Shown here: one piece after another, positions 41,100-54,781 of the stretch
Layout of the letters: every line of letters starts with the position of its first letter
Position numbering within the stretch: position 1 is the stretch's first letter
DNA from: Felis catus
Taxonomy: Eukaryota
Reading direction: 5' to 3'
Assembly (NCBI RefSeq): GCF_018350175.1
Contig: NC_058368.1
Location: forward strand, 126,358,001-126,422,000
DNA: 64,000 bases
The notes under the pieces: generated by a model
Told to the model about the DNA's origin: nothing
What the model saw: only the letters and a program-made list of their open reading frames with translations
Databases searched by the model: none
Program-made: the position numbers and the translations under genes

Positions 41100-42325
41100 T
41101 ACAAATAAAAATGCTTTGAAGAAAAAAAAAAAACTTTTGTTTTTGAGAGCAATAGGGTTGGGTAGGGAAGAATTTTAATGGAATGGTCAAAAGAGGCCTC
41201 TCTGAAGACACACTTAAGATGGGACTTAGGGGTGAAAGGAGTTATCCGTGAAAGTGTGAGATGGGTAGGGGTGTGAAAAGCTTTTGCATTTAATTTAGTC
41301 AGGAGTGGCTGCAGTGCAGATAAAGCCATTGACATAGCTACCTTAATCTTTGGAGGAACTGCCACAGGACTTACTGATGGACTCAGTATGTATGTTTGGT
41401 AGGGAAGGGTTAAGATTGGGGATTGTAACAGAGAAGTCTAGAAGAACCACCTTATTTCTGGCTGGAGCAGCAGGGGCGATTATAAAGCATTTCAGTGAGA
41501 TGAGGAAGACTTACAGTGGAAACTGTTTTGGAGGCTGTGTCAGGAATGACTTGGGCTCCCAGTAACAGAAAAGCTGACTACATTAACTTAGGCATGTACA
41601 CCTTCATTTATTTCAAATAATGTGGACACTGAAGTGAGGCACTTGAAGGCTAGCGTATTAGGCTAACAGTACCATTAGAAATCCATGTTCTTTCTCTATT
41701 TTCTCTCTGCCATCCTTAGTGCTGTAAGTTTCATCCTCATTTGTATTAGCTCATGATCACCAAATGATTGTGGAACGTGCAAGCCTTACATTTGTGTTCT
41801 GGTCCTGAAGGATAAAAGGAAAAGACCACATCAGGAGATACCTATTTATATGTCATTGACCAGAATGGTGTTACATGCATACATGGCTACCACCAGGTAT
41901 GAGTGGAGGAGAAATTGAATTTTGACCTTTGATAGCCTCATAGGAAAGGAGCCAAGGGAAAAAGAAAGTTGTAAATAGAATTTAAGTCAGTCAACCTACT
42001 ACCAAAGGGGAAAAATCAATTTTGGACCTGTTTATTCTGACATGTCCTGAGACCCAAGTAAAAATCCCCAATTTGCAGTTGTATATACACATTTGAATTT
42101 TGGAGGAGAGCTCCTAAGTGGATATGTACATTCAAGAGCCATCAGCAAGCATTTAGGTGGTATCTAGAGGAACAGGGATTTATGTGATGACCTGGAGCAA
42201 AGAGTAGAGAACCAATAGAAAAAGGGATGCAATGCAGAAGTCCCCCTCAAACTGCAGTATTCAGATGTTAGGTCAATGAGGAGAATATAGCAAAGGAGCC
42301 TGAGAAAGAATGGCCAGTGAGGAGG
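41100..42325. mobile_element. L2 remnant with an inserted old MLT1-type LTR (~41535-41990)
   Basis: gaggcctctctgaaga, tgaggagaat..gcaaaggagcctgagaaagaatggccagtgag (L2); cagtaacagaaaa, atgtcattgaccagaa (MLT1). Confidence 0.5.
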
Positions 42326-42342
42326 GTAGTAAATTCTTAATG

Positions 42343-42564
42343 ATTTTTTTAAAATTTTTTTTAACGTTTATTTATTTTTGAGACAGAGAGAGACAGAGCA
42401 TGAACGGGGGAGGGGCAGAGAGAGAGGGAGACACAGAATCGGAAGCAGGCTCCAGGCTTGGAGCCATCAGCCCAGAGTCCGACGCGGGGCTCGAACTCAG
42501 GGACCGCGAGATCGTGACCTGAGTCAAAGTCCGACGCTTAACCGACTGAGCCACCCAGGGGCCC
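42343..42564 (-). mobile_element. Young CAN-SINE (CpG-rich)
   Basis: TSD TTCTTAA(T/C)GATTTTT. Confidence 0.93.
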
Positions 42565-45054
42565 TTCTTAACGATTTTTAAGAATGGTGGTTGATACTGT
42601 GAAATATATATGGTGACACATCCATTACAGGTCATTTTCCAGAGATAGGATGAATATTTGATACTTGTTTATTCTCTTTGGCCAGAAAATATACTAAAAG
42701 GACTGTGTAGAAGTATTTAGACCGCGATCTTTCACCACTTCTTGTCTTGACTACTTTTTAAAAATTAATTTTAAGTTCTTTATCAATTGAAAATCTCTCC
42801 TACTTATCTTACTAGCAGGTTTTGGTGGGGGTGGGCAAAGGGAACAAAGGAGATTGTCATTCACCTTCTCTTTTTACAATACATACTCTTCTTCATCCCT
42901 TCTCTGGTTTTGAGTCCCTCTTCTCTTTTTCCTTCTTTTATTTCCCATTCCTCCCTCACTTCTCCACCTCACCCTCCCCCACACACACCCTCTTTCTTCT
43001 CTCTCTGTCTCTCTCTCTCTGTGTCTGTCTCCTTCATATTTTTATCTGCTTCTTGCATCCTTTATTATAATATTTCTCCATCTTCCTAAAATCTGAAAAG
43101 TAAAAATGTCCTTGAGAGGTAAAGATAGTAAAATCTTTCTGCATCTATTGAGAGCAGCAGTTTGTGTTTTATTATTAGAAAAGTAACCACATGTACCACA
43201 ATTAAAGGAGGACAGATGTCAGGGGTGGGGGAAAGGAGACAGTAGCATCAAATATAATGAGTGTAGTTTTCCTGTATACTCCCAGAAATGCAGGCAAGTT
43301 CATATCCTGTGACATGCAGCTAATCTCTGTGAGACACCATGGCCAACATCCAGCAACAATGAACACCTGGCTTCTTCAGATTGCTCTCAGCCTTCAGCTT
43401 GAAACATTCACCTAAGTCTGCATTATACATCAATATAAAAGTAATAAGAATATACCCCAATAATGAGGTAGAGTAATATACCCCAATCTATTATTGGTCT
43501 CCACAGCAAAGGGGCCATTACTTAACCCACTGAAAACCTTGCTTTGCAACATCTCAAGCCTTGTCATACTTTATGAATTTTCATCATTGAGTGACAAGCT
43601 ATTGAACAATATTAAAATGATATTTTGACTTATGTTTTGCTTTTTCTGTTTGGGGGACGATAAACATGTCAGAAAATCACTTTGGCTGTTTTTGTTACTG
43701 TTAAGAAATGAGTATCTCAGAACAGAACAAGGGGGAAAAAAAGAGATACCACTTCTATTTTTGAAGTTCTGAGAGTCATTGACCATAGGTTGTTTTGTAC
43801 TAGATTATAATCATCAGCTTTCTTTGCTCTGGAGTCAAGAATGGGAAGCTTCCAGGTAGCAGGAGACTCCTAAAAGACATCAGAGGACTGTTGTTTGTAT
43901 TTTAAGGATACTATTTCAGGAAACTAAGCTCTTCTGGTCAAGAAGTGAGTGAAATATGGTCATTTAATCAGGTATTGGCATCAAGAGTGATGCTCACCTC
44001 ATAGAAATTTTTGGAAGAGTTTGAACAGAACTGATATTTCTTCTCTAAGTGTTTGTATCAGCCAGACTATTTGAGCCTGAAATTTTCTATATGAGAATTT
44101 TCTAAATTCAACTTCTTTAATTGATATAGTAGTATTAAGTTATCCTTGAATGAACTCTGGTAGTTTGATCTTGTAAGTTGTTGAGTTTATTATTTTTAAG
44201 TTATTCATAACATTTCCTTATTATCTTTTTAATATCTACATATGACAATATCACCTCTCTCATTCTTGATATTGTGTCTTCTCTCTCTTTTCAAATGGTT
44301 TTATTGATTTTCTTTATTGTTTGTAGGTTTCCTATTTCATTGATTGCTGCTCTTTATTATATTTTTTTCTGCTTAATTAGCTTTACTTAGCTTATCCCTT
44401 CTAGTTTCTTAAAGTGGAAGCTGAAGTCATTGGTTTGAGTCCTTTCTTCCTTCTCTGTATAGATGTTTAAGACTACACATTTTTCTGAAAGTGCTGCTTT
44501 AATTGCATCTTACACATTTTGACATGTTTTTATTTCTATTCAGAAAAAATACTTTCTAATTTCTCTTTTTATTATTTTGAACCTTGGGTTATTTAGAAGT
44601 TTGTTATTTAATTTACAAATGTTTGAGAATTTTCCTTATTTTTTTACTGATTTATAATTTAAATTCACTGTGGTTAGAGAACATATTTAATATGTTTTAA
44701 ATTCTTTTAGATTTGAAATTTGTTGTGTGGACTAAAATAGGGTTTATCTTGGTAAGTGTTTTATGTGAACTTGAAAACAGTGTATATTCTGCTATTGGGT
44801 GTAGTATGCTATAAATGGCATTTAGTGCCAATTAGTTCAAGGTGCTTGACAGTATGGTTCAAGTCCTTTACATTCTGTTTTTATTGAGATACAATTTACA
44901 TGCCATAAATTTTATCTTTTTAAAGCACACAATTTAGTGGTTTTTAGTATATTCACAAAGTTGTGCAAATTTCATCACTGTCTAATTCCAGAACATTTTC
45001 ATCATTCCCCAAAGAAATTCCCTTGGCAGTCACTCCCCATTTTCATTTCTTTCA

Positions 45055-45394
45055 TCTCTTAGTTCAGCCTACTATTAACATAAATATCACAGATTGGTGG
45101 TTTAAAAAAAAACATTTATTTCTCACAGTTCTAAACTCTGGGAAGTCCCAAGATCAAGGTGTCACCAAATTCAGTGTCTGGTTAGAGCTCACTTCCTGGC
45201 TCTTAGATTGCCATGTTTTCATCGTGTCCTTACATGGTGGCAGGTGGAGGGATCTCCCTGAGATCTCTTTTATAAGGGCACTAATCCTTTTTATGACCTA
45301 ATTACCTCCCAAAGTCCTACTTCCAAATACCCTTACATTAGGTGTTAGGTTTAAACATATGAATTGGGGAGGACACAAGTATTCAGTCATAGCA
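45055..45394. mobile_element. MLT1A-like MaLR LTR
   Basis: catttatttctcacagttct...gggaagtcccaagatcaaggtg...ataagggcactaatcc...atgacctaattacctcccaaag. Confidence 0.8.
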
Positions 45395-46486
45395 CCTGGC
45401 AACCACTATTCTTTGTGTCTGTATAGATTTGACTATTCTAGTCATATAAATAGAATCATATAATATGTGCTCTTTCATGACTGACATCTTTCACTTAATA
45501 TAGTATTTTAGCATATATCAGTATTTCACTCCTCTTTATGGTTGAATAATATTACATTGTAGGTATGACCATGTTACATTTGTTTATCCAGTCATCAGTT
45601 GATGGGCATTTGTGTCAACTCCTCTACACTCTTACTGATTTTTTTTTTGTCTACTTACTAAGAGATGACAGTTAAATTTTCTGATTATAGTTGTGGATTT
45701 TATCTGTTTCTCCTTACACTTTTATCTTTTTTATAGCTTTTGCCTTACGTATTTTAAAGTTCTATTATTTGGTGAAGAAACATTAAGTATCATTATGTCC
45801 TCTTGATTATTTGACCCCTTTGTCATTATCCAATCACAGTCTTTATACTTGGCAATAATCTTTGCTCTGAAATATCCTTCATCTGATACTAGTATAGCCA
45901 TTTCAACTTTCTTTTAATTAGTGGTAGCATGGTATATCTTGTCCACCCATTTACTTTTAACCTGTTTGTGCCTTTATATTTATAGTGCATTATTTTGTAG
46001 GCAGCATAGAGTTAGGTCTTGCTTTCATGTCCAATCTGACAATCTCTGCTTTCATTTGGGGTATTTGTACCACTTACATCTGATGTGATTATTATTATGG
46101 CTTTAAATATGACATCTTACTGTTTACTTTCTATTTGTTCCAACTGTTTCTTATTTTCTTTTTTCCTCTCATTCTTCCTTCTTTTGGAATGATTGCTTTT
46201 TAAAGCTAATTTCATTTTATTCCCCTTTTGGCTTATTAGTTCTAACCCTGTGGGGACATTAGTGGTTGCATTAGAATTTATATTACATGTTTAGCTGTCA
46301 TAGTCCACGTTCAAATTATATGTCACTTCATGTATAGTATAAGAGCCTTACAAAAGTAAACTTCCTTTGTTTTCCACTAAGCCTTTGTGCTGAATTTCTC
46401 ATACATTTTACCTCTATATATGTTATAAACTTACATTTGTTATCAATACATTGATCTTATTTTTGTTTAAGCAGTCAATTATCTTT

Positions 46487-46712
46487 TTTTTCAAATTTTT
46501 AAATATTTTTTTTAATTTATTTTTTGAGAGAGAGGCACACACAGAGTATGAGTGGGGGAAGGTCAGAGAGAGAGGGAGATACAGAATCTGAAGCGGGCTC
46601 CAGATTCTAAGCTGTTAGCACAGAATTTGACACGGGGCTTGTACTCACAAACGGTGAAATCAGACCTCAGCTGAAGTCAGATGCTTAACTAACTGAGCCA
46701 TCCAGGCGCCCC
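46487..46712 (-). mobile_element. CAN-SINE
   Basis: TSD CAGTCAATTATCTTTT. Confidence 0.92.
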
Positions 46713-49700
46713 CAGTCAATTATCTTTTAAATAAATTTAAATTATGAAAGTCTTTTCTATTTCCCCATCTAGTTAACATGTTGTCATTTCTTCTTCTAGA
46801 TCATTATTTCCATACGATATCATTTTCCTTCTGTTTGAAGGACTTTTACCAATTCCCATGCTGAAAGGCTGCTGATGCTGAATTCTTTCATCGTTTACAT
46901 ATCTGAAGAAATTTTGATTTCATCTCATTTTTGAAATATGTTTTTGCTGGGTATAGAATTCTAGGTTGACAGTAAAGGTATTGTTTCATTGTCTTCTGGA
47001 CTGTATTTTTGTCTAACAAGAAGTTCAGTTTTATTCTTATCACTGATCTTCTGTATATAATGTTTCCTTTTCTCCCTGCTGCTTCTAAAATTTTTGTCTT
47101 TCTCAGTGTTTTTCAGAAATTTTATTACAGTATGCTTTGGTATGGCTTTTTTCATATTTTTGTGCTTGGGTTGTTCTGAAGCTTCTTAGATTTATGGTTT
47201 TATAGTTTTCATCAAATTTGAAAGTTTTTTTGTTATTATTTCTACTGTTTTTTTTTTTTTTAATCCCTACTCCCTCTCTCTCCATTGGAAAGTACACTAT
47301 GTGTATACTAGGCTTTTTTGATAGGCTGAGAATGAAGTAATTGCAGAATATCCAGATTATAGGGTTTAGCATATGGTTACAAAGTAAGGATTATAGCTCA
47401 GAAATGAGATCAGGGATGAAACAAAGATTTGGGATATATCTGAATAGAGGTGGTAGATGAAACTCCAAGAGTTTTTTGATTCCTTTGAATGATAATGATA
47501 TAAAAAGTAGACAGAGTGGTCTGCCCTTATATCCTGGTTGTATGTAGATGATTGGCTACTAGTAAATACATTGATAATTGCACACACCCTCACTATGGAA
47601 GTGTATTTATTTACATTATCAGTAGCCTCTTTGCCAGTCCTCAAACTGCCTAATTTGGGGATGCTATATTCTCTCATCCTTGACTGCTGTTCCCTAGATA
47701 TTCATTTTGTGAACTTCTCATTTCATTTAGCTTTCTGATCAAATGACACCTACTGAGAGCTGACAAACCAATCTGAAGCAGCCCCCACTATTACTCTCTG
47801 AACCTTTTTAACCCTGTTTTACTTTCTGTCATAGCACTTATAACCACCTGGCAAATGTTAGTGGTATGATTTTAATCTGTTCTCTCTACCTAGAATCTAA
47901 GCTCCACGAAAGCAGAAATATTTCTGTCTTCCTGCTTGATCACCAGTACTTCACTTATAGGATATGCTTCATTATGTGTACTAACCAAATTAATGATTTT
48001 TTTTCTTTATGACTAACACTTGTAGTGAAATTACTGAACTATTTTGGAAAATATCATAATGGGAAGAGTTACATATATTATTTTGAGCATTGCTAACATG
48101 CAAAGATATAGTAGGAAAGATGTTTATATAAATTAAATGCCATAGGATTTCTTTGACATTTTAATACAAGCAAGCTTTGTGATTCCCCCCAGCCATTGGA
48201 GCCAAGTGGTGCCACATCAGATAGAATGAGAACAGAGAAGACCAGAGCTTCGGCCATTGGCGAGGCTGGAACAATGGGCCTCATGAAGAAGTTGGGAAAG
48301 AAAGATATCAAGAAAGGGATCTTATGCCCGTTTCCACATTTTTAACTGCTATTCTAAGCTGCAGTAACTAGTTGGTTTTCAAAATTCAGAGAGTGGTAAG
48401 TCCAATATCCACTTTTTCATTCTTACCTTACATGATCACTTTGCAGCATGGTATTCTTACTCCTTATTCTTTTCTTAGTCTCCTCTGTAGTTTCCTTCTC
48501 TCTTGTATACTCAATGCAGTATGGTGATTCTCCATGACTCTTTCCTTGGCTCCCATCTTCTTTTCCTAACACTTTCTCTAAGGGATGTAGCTGTTTTATA
48601 TATGAACTCTCTTGCCCTGATGCCTTTTGGAAGCATTTGACCCACATAGCATACTACCTAATGCTTATTTCTGTCCATTGTCCTTCAGATGTCCAACATC
48701 TGAAATTTTGCATAGACTAAACTGACAGTTGGGGTTAGGGCTTGGGTGTCGCTCAGAAATAGAGACATAATTAGTGATGGAATAAAAGAAGGCTCAGGTG
48801 TGAAGGGAGGGTATCCGTTGCACAGGTTGCTTGCTAATAATTTCAAGAGCTGACAGTTGAAAATGTCCCAGTGTCAAAAAAAAAATTAGCCTCAAAGTAT
48901 CATGATATCAGTGTACCATGTACTGAGTATCTGCTTCTTCAATGCCTGGCTCAAATAATCCCCAGTTACTAAAGCCTAGTGGTGTAACATTTGGAAAACA
49001 GCATGCCTTGCCTTTGCCTTTGCCTTTTCCAAGTGATCAGGTCTGAAATAAAACACTGTGTGTATAGCAGCAAGAAGGGGTCCAGGCCTGCTAGGCATCA
49101 TGCTAATGGACTGGTCTGATAACTGTAAGTTTCATGGCTCAGTAGTGCTACTTATTTAATTTACTTCCACATTTTTGTTTGTTATTTATTTTTAAGTCTT
49201 CTTAGGATAGCTACTTTGAGCTGGACCTAAAAATCAGTGTTTAATGGACTAGATCATAAAAAAAAATACTCCATAGCCCAGAGATTTTAGAATTTGTCCA
49301 CCTCGAGTGATCTATGTACTGATGTCCATGTGAAATATAAGAAGATTTCCAATATATCTTGAATAAAAGCACCTTCCAGTAGATGTTTGTAGTTGTATAG
49401 AAAGGAAGTTGTGGAACATCAAGGTCATGAAATAATTTATAACAAGTATCTTTAATGGTCTCAGTAGGGCAAAGTGATTTCAGACCTATAACAAATATTT
49501 ATCAAGTATCCATGATGTATCAAAATCGGGGAGAGCCTTGGAAATGCAGCGGTGGCATTGGTGAATGGAGGGGGAGAGGCAGACATGCCTGTGCATTCAG
49601 TGGGCTTGCACAGTATAAGGCAGTTGCAAGCCAGTCACACTGGCTACTAAAATGTATGCTGACAGTGGTATGACAGGGAAGCACATTTAAGTGTAATGAA

Positions 49701-50378
49701 AGACTAACTAGGCTTAGGGTTAAGAAAGCTTTCTTGCAGAAAGTGACACCTAACCAGAGTCCTAAAGGACCAACGGGAGATAGGCAAAGAGGCTAAGGGA
49801 ATGATGTTGCAAAAAAGGGGACAGTATGTGAGGACCCGAAGCATAAGGTATGTTCAAGAACCTGAAAGAAGAAAAATACTGCTTAAGCAATTGTAAATGG
49901 GGAAGAGCAGGAAGATGTTAGTTCCTGTGACCAAAGGTCAGATGATACAGGGCTTTATGCGACAACTTGAAGACTGTGGACCTTATCCTAACAATACCCA
50001 TAATATCAGGATGCCATTTTGGGAGGCAGAAATGCCATTGGTTTTCCCCAAAACCATTGAGTATGCCAAGAATTTCCAGGCTGCAGCAAAATATGGGAAG
50101 CACAGATTCTGAGGTTCAGGGTATAGGATTTGATTTCAAGTAGCACATGTCTATGACTTATAGAATTAGCAGTGCTCTCCATAGCACTTAAATTATGAAG
50201 GCTCCCCTACCTTTTAATTTAAATTCAGCTCCTGCCATTTTGCATTTTGTGATTCTCCCAATAGAGAAGGGAATTAAGCAAATGAGAGAGGCTCAAACAA
50301 AGGGAAGCACAGAAGATGGTAAATTGCCAGATGCAATCAAGGCTGGCGAAGGTGTGACTGCGGCTATTGACCTATGCC

Positions 50379-50392
50379 GTTGCCATGGAAAC
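50379..50392. promoter_or_regulatory. RFX X-box motif
   Basis: GTTGCCATGGAAAC fits the palindromic X-box GTTNCCATGGNAAC, in unique sequence. Confidence 0.5.
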
Positions 50393-50807
50393 CAAAGCTC
50401 TGTGGTCCTGGAGTGCTTTTCCTTTCTAAGGACAGATCAGTTTTAGAGAATCGTTAAGACTGCAAATTACTGAAGTTGGATCGTCTACTGCCACGTGTAT
50501 CCTAAATTCTTTTCAGTGACAGAGAATGGCTAGCTGGGTCTGAGGCGAACTCCCCAAAAGCTTAGGGGCAGAGGTTAAAGCTCAGTGAAGGTCAGAGTTT
50601 CGCTGTTGTCTCAAGCCCACCTCCCTAGCTCCATGCTCTGCTAGAATGACATATTAATTGCGATACTCAGAATTTAGGAGGAGGGTTTTACATATTACGA
50701 TTTTTTAAAATAATCCTATTAGGAGATCTGAAATCCATCAAGCCAAATACACACAAATGTACTCTCTGCTTTTCTTCCTAGGTGTTTGTGAGGAGACTGT
50801 AGTCCTT

Positions 50808-51249
50808 TATAAGATTTTTTTTAATTGGGGCGCCTGGGTGGCTTAGTCAGTTAAGTGTCCGACTTCAGCTCAGGTCGTGATCTCACCGTTTGTGGGTTTG
50901 AGCCCTGCGTTGGGCTCTGTGCTGACAGCTCTGAGCCTAGACCCTGCTTCGGATTCTGTGTCTCCCTCTCTCTCTGCTCCTACCCCACTCATGCTCTGTC
51001 TCTTTGTCTCTCTCTCTCAAAAATAAATACACATTAAAAAATTTTTTTAAAAAGATATTTTTTAATTAATGTGGGTTTTTTTTTGGGGGGGGGAAGGGGC
51101 AGAGAGAGGGAGAGAGAGAATCACAAGCAGGCTCTACACTGTCATTGTAGAGCTGGATGTGGGGCTTGATCTCATGAACTGAGAGATCATGACCTGAGCT
51201 GAAAGCCAGAGTCAGATGCTTTACCAACTGAGCCACCCAAGTGCCCCAA
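50808..51249. mobile_element. Nested inverted CAN-SINE pair (+ 50827-51050 inside the tail of a minus-strand copy ending at 51248)
   Basis: Outer TSD GAGACTGTAGTCCTT; inner TSD AAGAT(T/A)TTTTTTAATT-like. Confidence 0.88.
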
Positions 51250-51784
51250 GAGACTGTAGTCCTTCCTAAATTCTTGGCATTGGAGTGTCCTCTGAGCCCC
51301 AAGCACCATAATAACACTGTGTGTGAATTATGTTTAATTCACCAGTAATCCTATCACATAGATTCCGTTTTTATCCCCATTTTATAGTAGAAGATTGAGA
51401 TTTAGGGAAGTTAAAATCTGATGAAATTTCTTAGTGTTAATTAAAAAAAAAAAATGGAGGCATTGTTTGAACCCAGTCATTTGGATGCCAGAGACTTGCT
51501 CAGGTTTTTTTGTTTGTTTGTTTGTTTGTTTAATTATACTGTCTTTGATAAATTGTAGTATCCTCTGTCGTAGCATCATGGAATTTCAAATCTGGGAGAT
51601 AACTTGGAAGTCATCTAAACTGACTTCCTCAGTTTGAAGGTGAGAACAGTGAGCCCCAGAAAGTTTCTATGATTTCCCCAAGTTTATACAGTGAATTAAT
51701 GACTAGCCGGGACCAGAACTCTGGGCTTTTCAACATATCTTGCTGCCTTTCTTACTGACTGAAAATGTGACCTTTGTGGGTTTT

Positions 51785-51965
51785 TTTCTAAGTTTATTTA
51801 TTAAGAGAGAGAGAGTGAGATAGAGGGCAGAGAGAGTGGAGAGAAAGAGAATTCTGCACCATTAATCAGAGCCTGATGCAAGGCTTTAACTCACAAACTG
51901 TGAGATCATGAACTGAGCTGAAATCAAGAGTTGGACGTTTAACTGACTTGAGCCACCCAGACAAG
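51785..51965 (-). mobile_element. CAN-SINE (older, partly deleted)
   Basis: tgagatcatgaactgagctgaaatcaagagttggacg...agccacccag. Confidence 0.85.
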
Positions 51966-54604
51966 CCTTGTTTGTTTTTTAATACAAGTCTTCCTCAAAG
52001 CAACCTTTTAAGTCTCCTTTCTTAAGACCTTTCCTTTTCTCTGTTCTATTTTAGCTGAGCATTCTCTTCTCTACATCTAGAAATGGTTCTGGTTTTTCCC
52101 AGTGTGAAACAAAGATAGTCCTCAAAGAGCAGAATAAACAGATTTCTTAATGTGTGGGGCTCTTGTGTCCGGAACTATATAAGGAGGGCTATCAGTCAGG
52201 AGCAGAGTGGCGCACAACATGTCGTCTTGTGGTCATTATTTCCCAAAACGTACTCTTTTGTTATCTTGTCTCATCTGGCAGAATTTGTCTAGACTATATA
52301 CACATTTAACTCAATTATCTGATAAGAGAAAAACATGACCAGTGGAAAAGAAGCATTCCTGGTCAGGGGAAGGGGGAGGGGGGGAAGTGGGGAAATGTCT
52401 GTGGCAATTGCACTGCAGCAGAATGGAGAGCATATTTGAGGGAACAGCTAATGACAAAGTAAATATCCACTCTGGCCTGATATAGCCATTTTCAGTCTCT
52501 TTGTTCCAGGAGACTTCAAGGACAATATTGCAACTTACCTGAGCAAGGGAAAAATCTGACATGGCATTTAGGGGCACATGTCCTTTTAAAATCAAAAGAT
52601 GCAAAAGCAAAGCAATTGCTACTTTTTAATTTGCTAGGTCAACTAATAAAGTCTTCGAACAAGAGTTTGGGAGAAGCCTGGAAAAGAGGAGAGGGAAAAT
52701 TTAGCAAAGGACCGAAGAGATGCGCAAGAAAGGGAAGGCTCAGCAGAGTTATATAATCCCCTTGGTGGTAATCAAAAGAAAGAAAGCTCTGTGCAAAGTT
52801 GAAACGCAGACATCTATAAAGGCAAGGCCGGGAACAGAGTTGTGGATTAGAGCTGCTGAGAGACAGCTGGGGGCTCAGTCCTGTTTGTTGAGCAAGCGAA
52901 CCGGCAACTGGCTGCCTAAACTGCATTGCCATTTTGGACACTCTGCAGATGTTCCCCTTAGCTCTACATCATGATGCAGCTGTTGTTTCTATTATTTGTA
53001 ACGCATCATGCAGGTCTGTAGAAGGATAAACATGCCTTAATTTTACCAATGAAACATTATAATATAGTATTAAAGGAAACCAGAGGGGAAGTGGAATGTT
53101 GTTCATTTAAGAATCATTTTCATTTCCTCTTTTAATTGGCTGTGTTGCTTAATATAACAATACCTTCTTCACCCACATGTGTTGGGAAATAAAGCTGTGA
53201 GGCTTAATTTAGGAAGAAGCTCTCCAATTGCACTTAATGGAAAACAAAAAGGAAACTGTAACCAAGATTATTGTTAACATGTGGGTTGAGATCTTACTCT
53301 TGCCCCCTTTTCAAAGGCTAGCTTAAATCCCAGGTCATTTAAGGAGGCTTCTTTAATACCAGCAGTCCAAGATGACCTAGCCATTTGCTCATTTCCTTCC
53401 TTTCTCTGTTTACCCATACCTTTATTCACCTAGCCATCCATTCATCCAACAAATATTTTTTGAGGACCTATTAGTTATTAGGCATTATGATAGGGACTGA
53501 GGGAGTCAGTGCTGAGTAAAAACATACAATGCCTGCAGTCTAGATGAAATACCAAGATAAAAAAATCATTCAGACAAACGTGTAATTAAAAACATAAATA
53601 AATGTTCTGAAGGAAAGAAACATGGTGATATTGAAGCTTATAAGAGAAGATCTTGAACTTATTCAGGCAGTCAGGGCAGACTACTTACCCTGGATAACTA
53701 ATGTACTAATTACATAAGCAGAATTTACCTAGAAAGAAAACAAGAATTAATGACCGCCTTTCTGCAAAAGAGGCCCATTATTATAGAACATTATCATTTG
53801 TGTTGGCTTGTTTGTTTAAAAGAAAGGGCAAAATCTCAAATTGCTTTGAAGGGTTTGTAAACTGCTATTTAAAATAATTGGAAAGGAACATGAATATGTT
53901 GGTTGAGAAAACTCCACAGAGATTAGCTTTCTTTACACAGGTCTGGCACAAACTTAAATATTTCTTGGCAGTGTCCTAGAGTGGAAGAAATAAATGCTAA
54001 AACATACAGCAGACCTATAGTTGTATTGAAGTTCTAATGAATATTAGTTGTGTGGCCTTGCAAAGTGGTAATAACGCTGAAAGGTTATTATGAAAACTGA
54101 AAGAAATAATATGCAAAAATGCCTCCAACATTAAGGTTATTTAATACCTCACATGCATGTAAAACATTAATCTGCTGAATTACTTGTCTCAGTTACCTCA
54201 CCTACTTATTTTTGTTGGGCTTTTCCCTATTAAAGACTACGTTTTATGATTTTTTTCAAAGACTTTGTACTTTGAAATATTTTTTCTCAATGAAATCAGT
54301 GTAATTTATTCTCTAATAACTCCCTTTGAAACTTCCAACAATCATGCACTTTTAACTACCAATCAGAACTCCTGATCAGCATTATTACACCTGAATTTAT
54401 TATATTTTCAAATTAAAAAAAAACAGTTTCCTGCACCGTTTTTTTTTTTTAATTCAAAATAGCTACCTCTCAAGTGAACACTGAAGCAATTTTTGTCCAA
54501 ATTCCTTTTCAGGAAAATCAAGGGTAAGAATGCTGAGCCAAGAGCAAGGTTCAAGGAGGTTGGGCTGGAGACAGATGAGGTATGTGCCCCATCCCACTCC
54601 CAAT

Positions 54605-54781
54605 AGTCCTGAGAGTCCCAATGCACTAAGAAGATCTAGCTAACTCCCTGATTTCAACATGAAATGTTGATGCAAACGTGCATATATATATCTGTATACA
54701 TAAAATCAAAACCATATTCTTTGTTGTTTCCAAGGTTTCCATTGATTCTACCATTAAGTCACTGACTCAAATGTGTGGTAT
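54605..54781 (+). repeat. Copy 1 of a ~175-bp direct duplication
   Basis: Shares ACTAAGAAGATCTAGCTAACTCCCT and TCAAAACCATATTCTTTGTTGTTTCCAAGGTT with 62787-62959. Confidence 0.9.

Larger units (their letters stand above)
43950..47230 (-). mobile_element. Ancient L1 remnants (ORF1/ORF2 region) with nested L1 3' piece, MLT1A LTR and SINE
   Basis: ORF 46961..47155 (PKHTVIKFLK..KDK) resembles old L1 ORF1; T-rich antisense ORF2 text. Confidence 0.6.

Noticed and set aside
49581..49600. AGACATGCCTGTGC, identical to the first 14 bp of the p53 element
   Set aside because: The second half-site core is broken (CATT) and it lies in L2-like sequence; half-site only.
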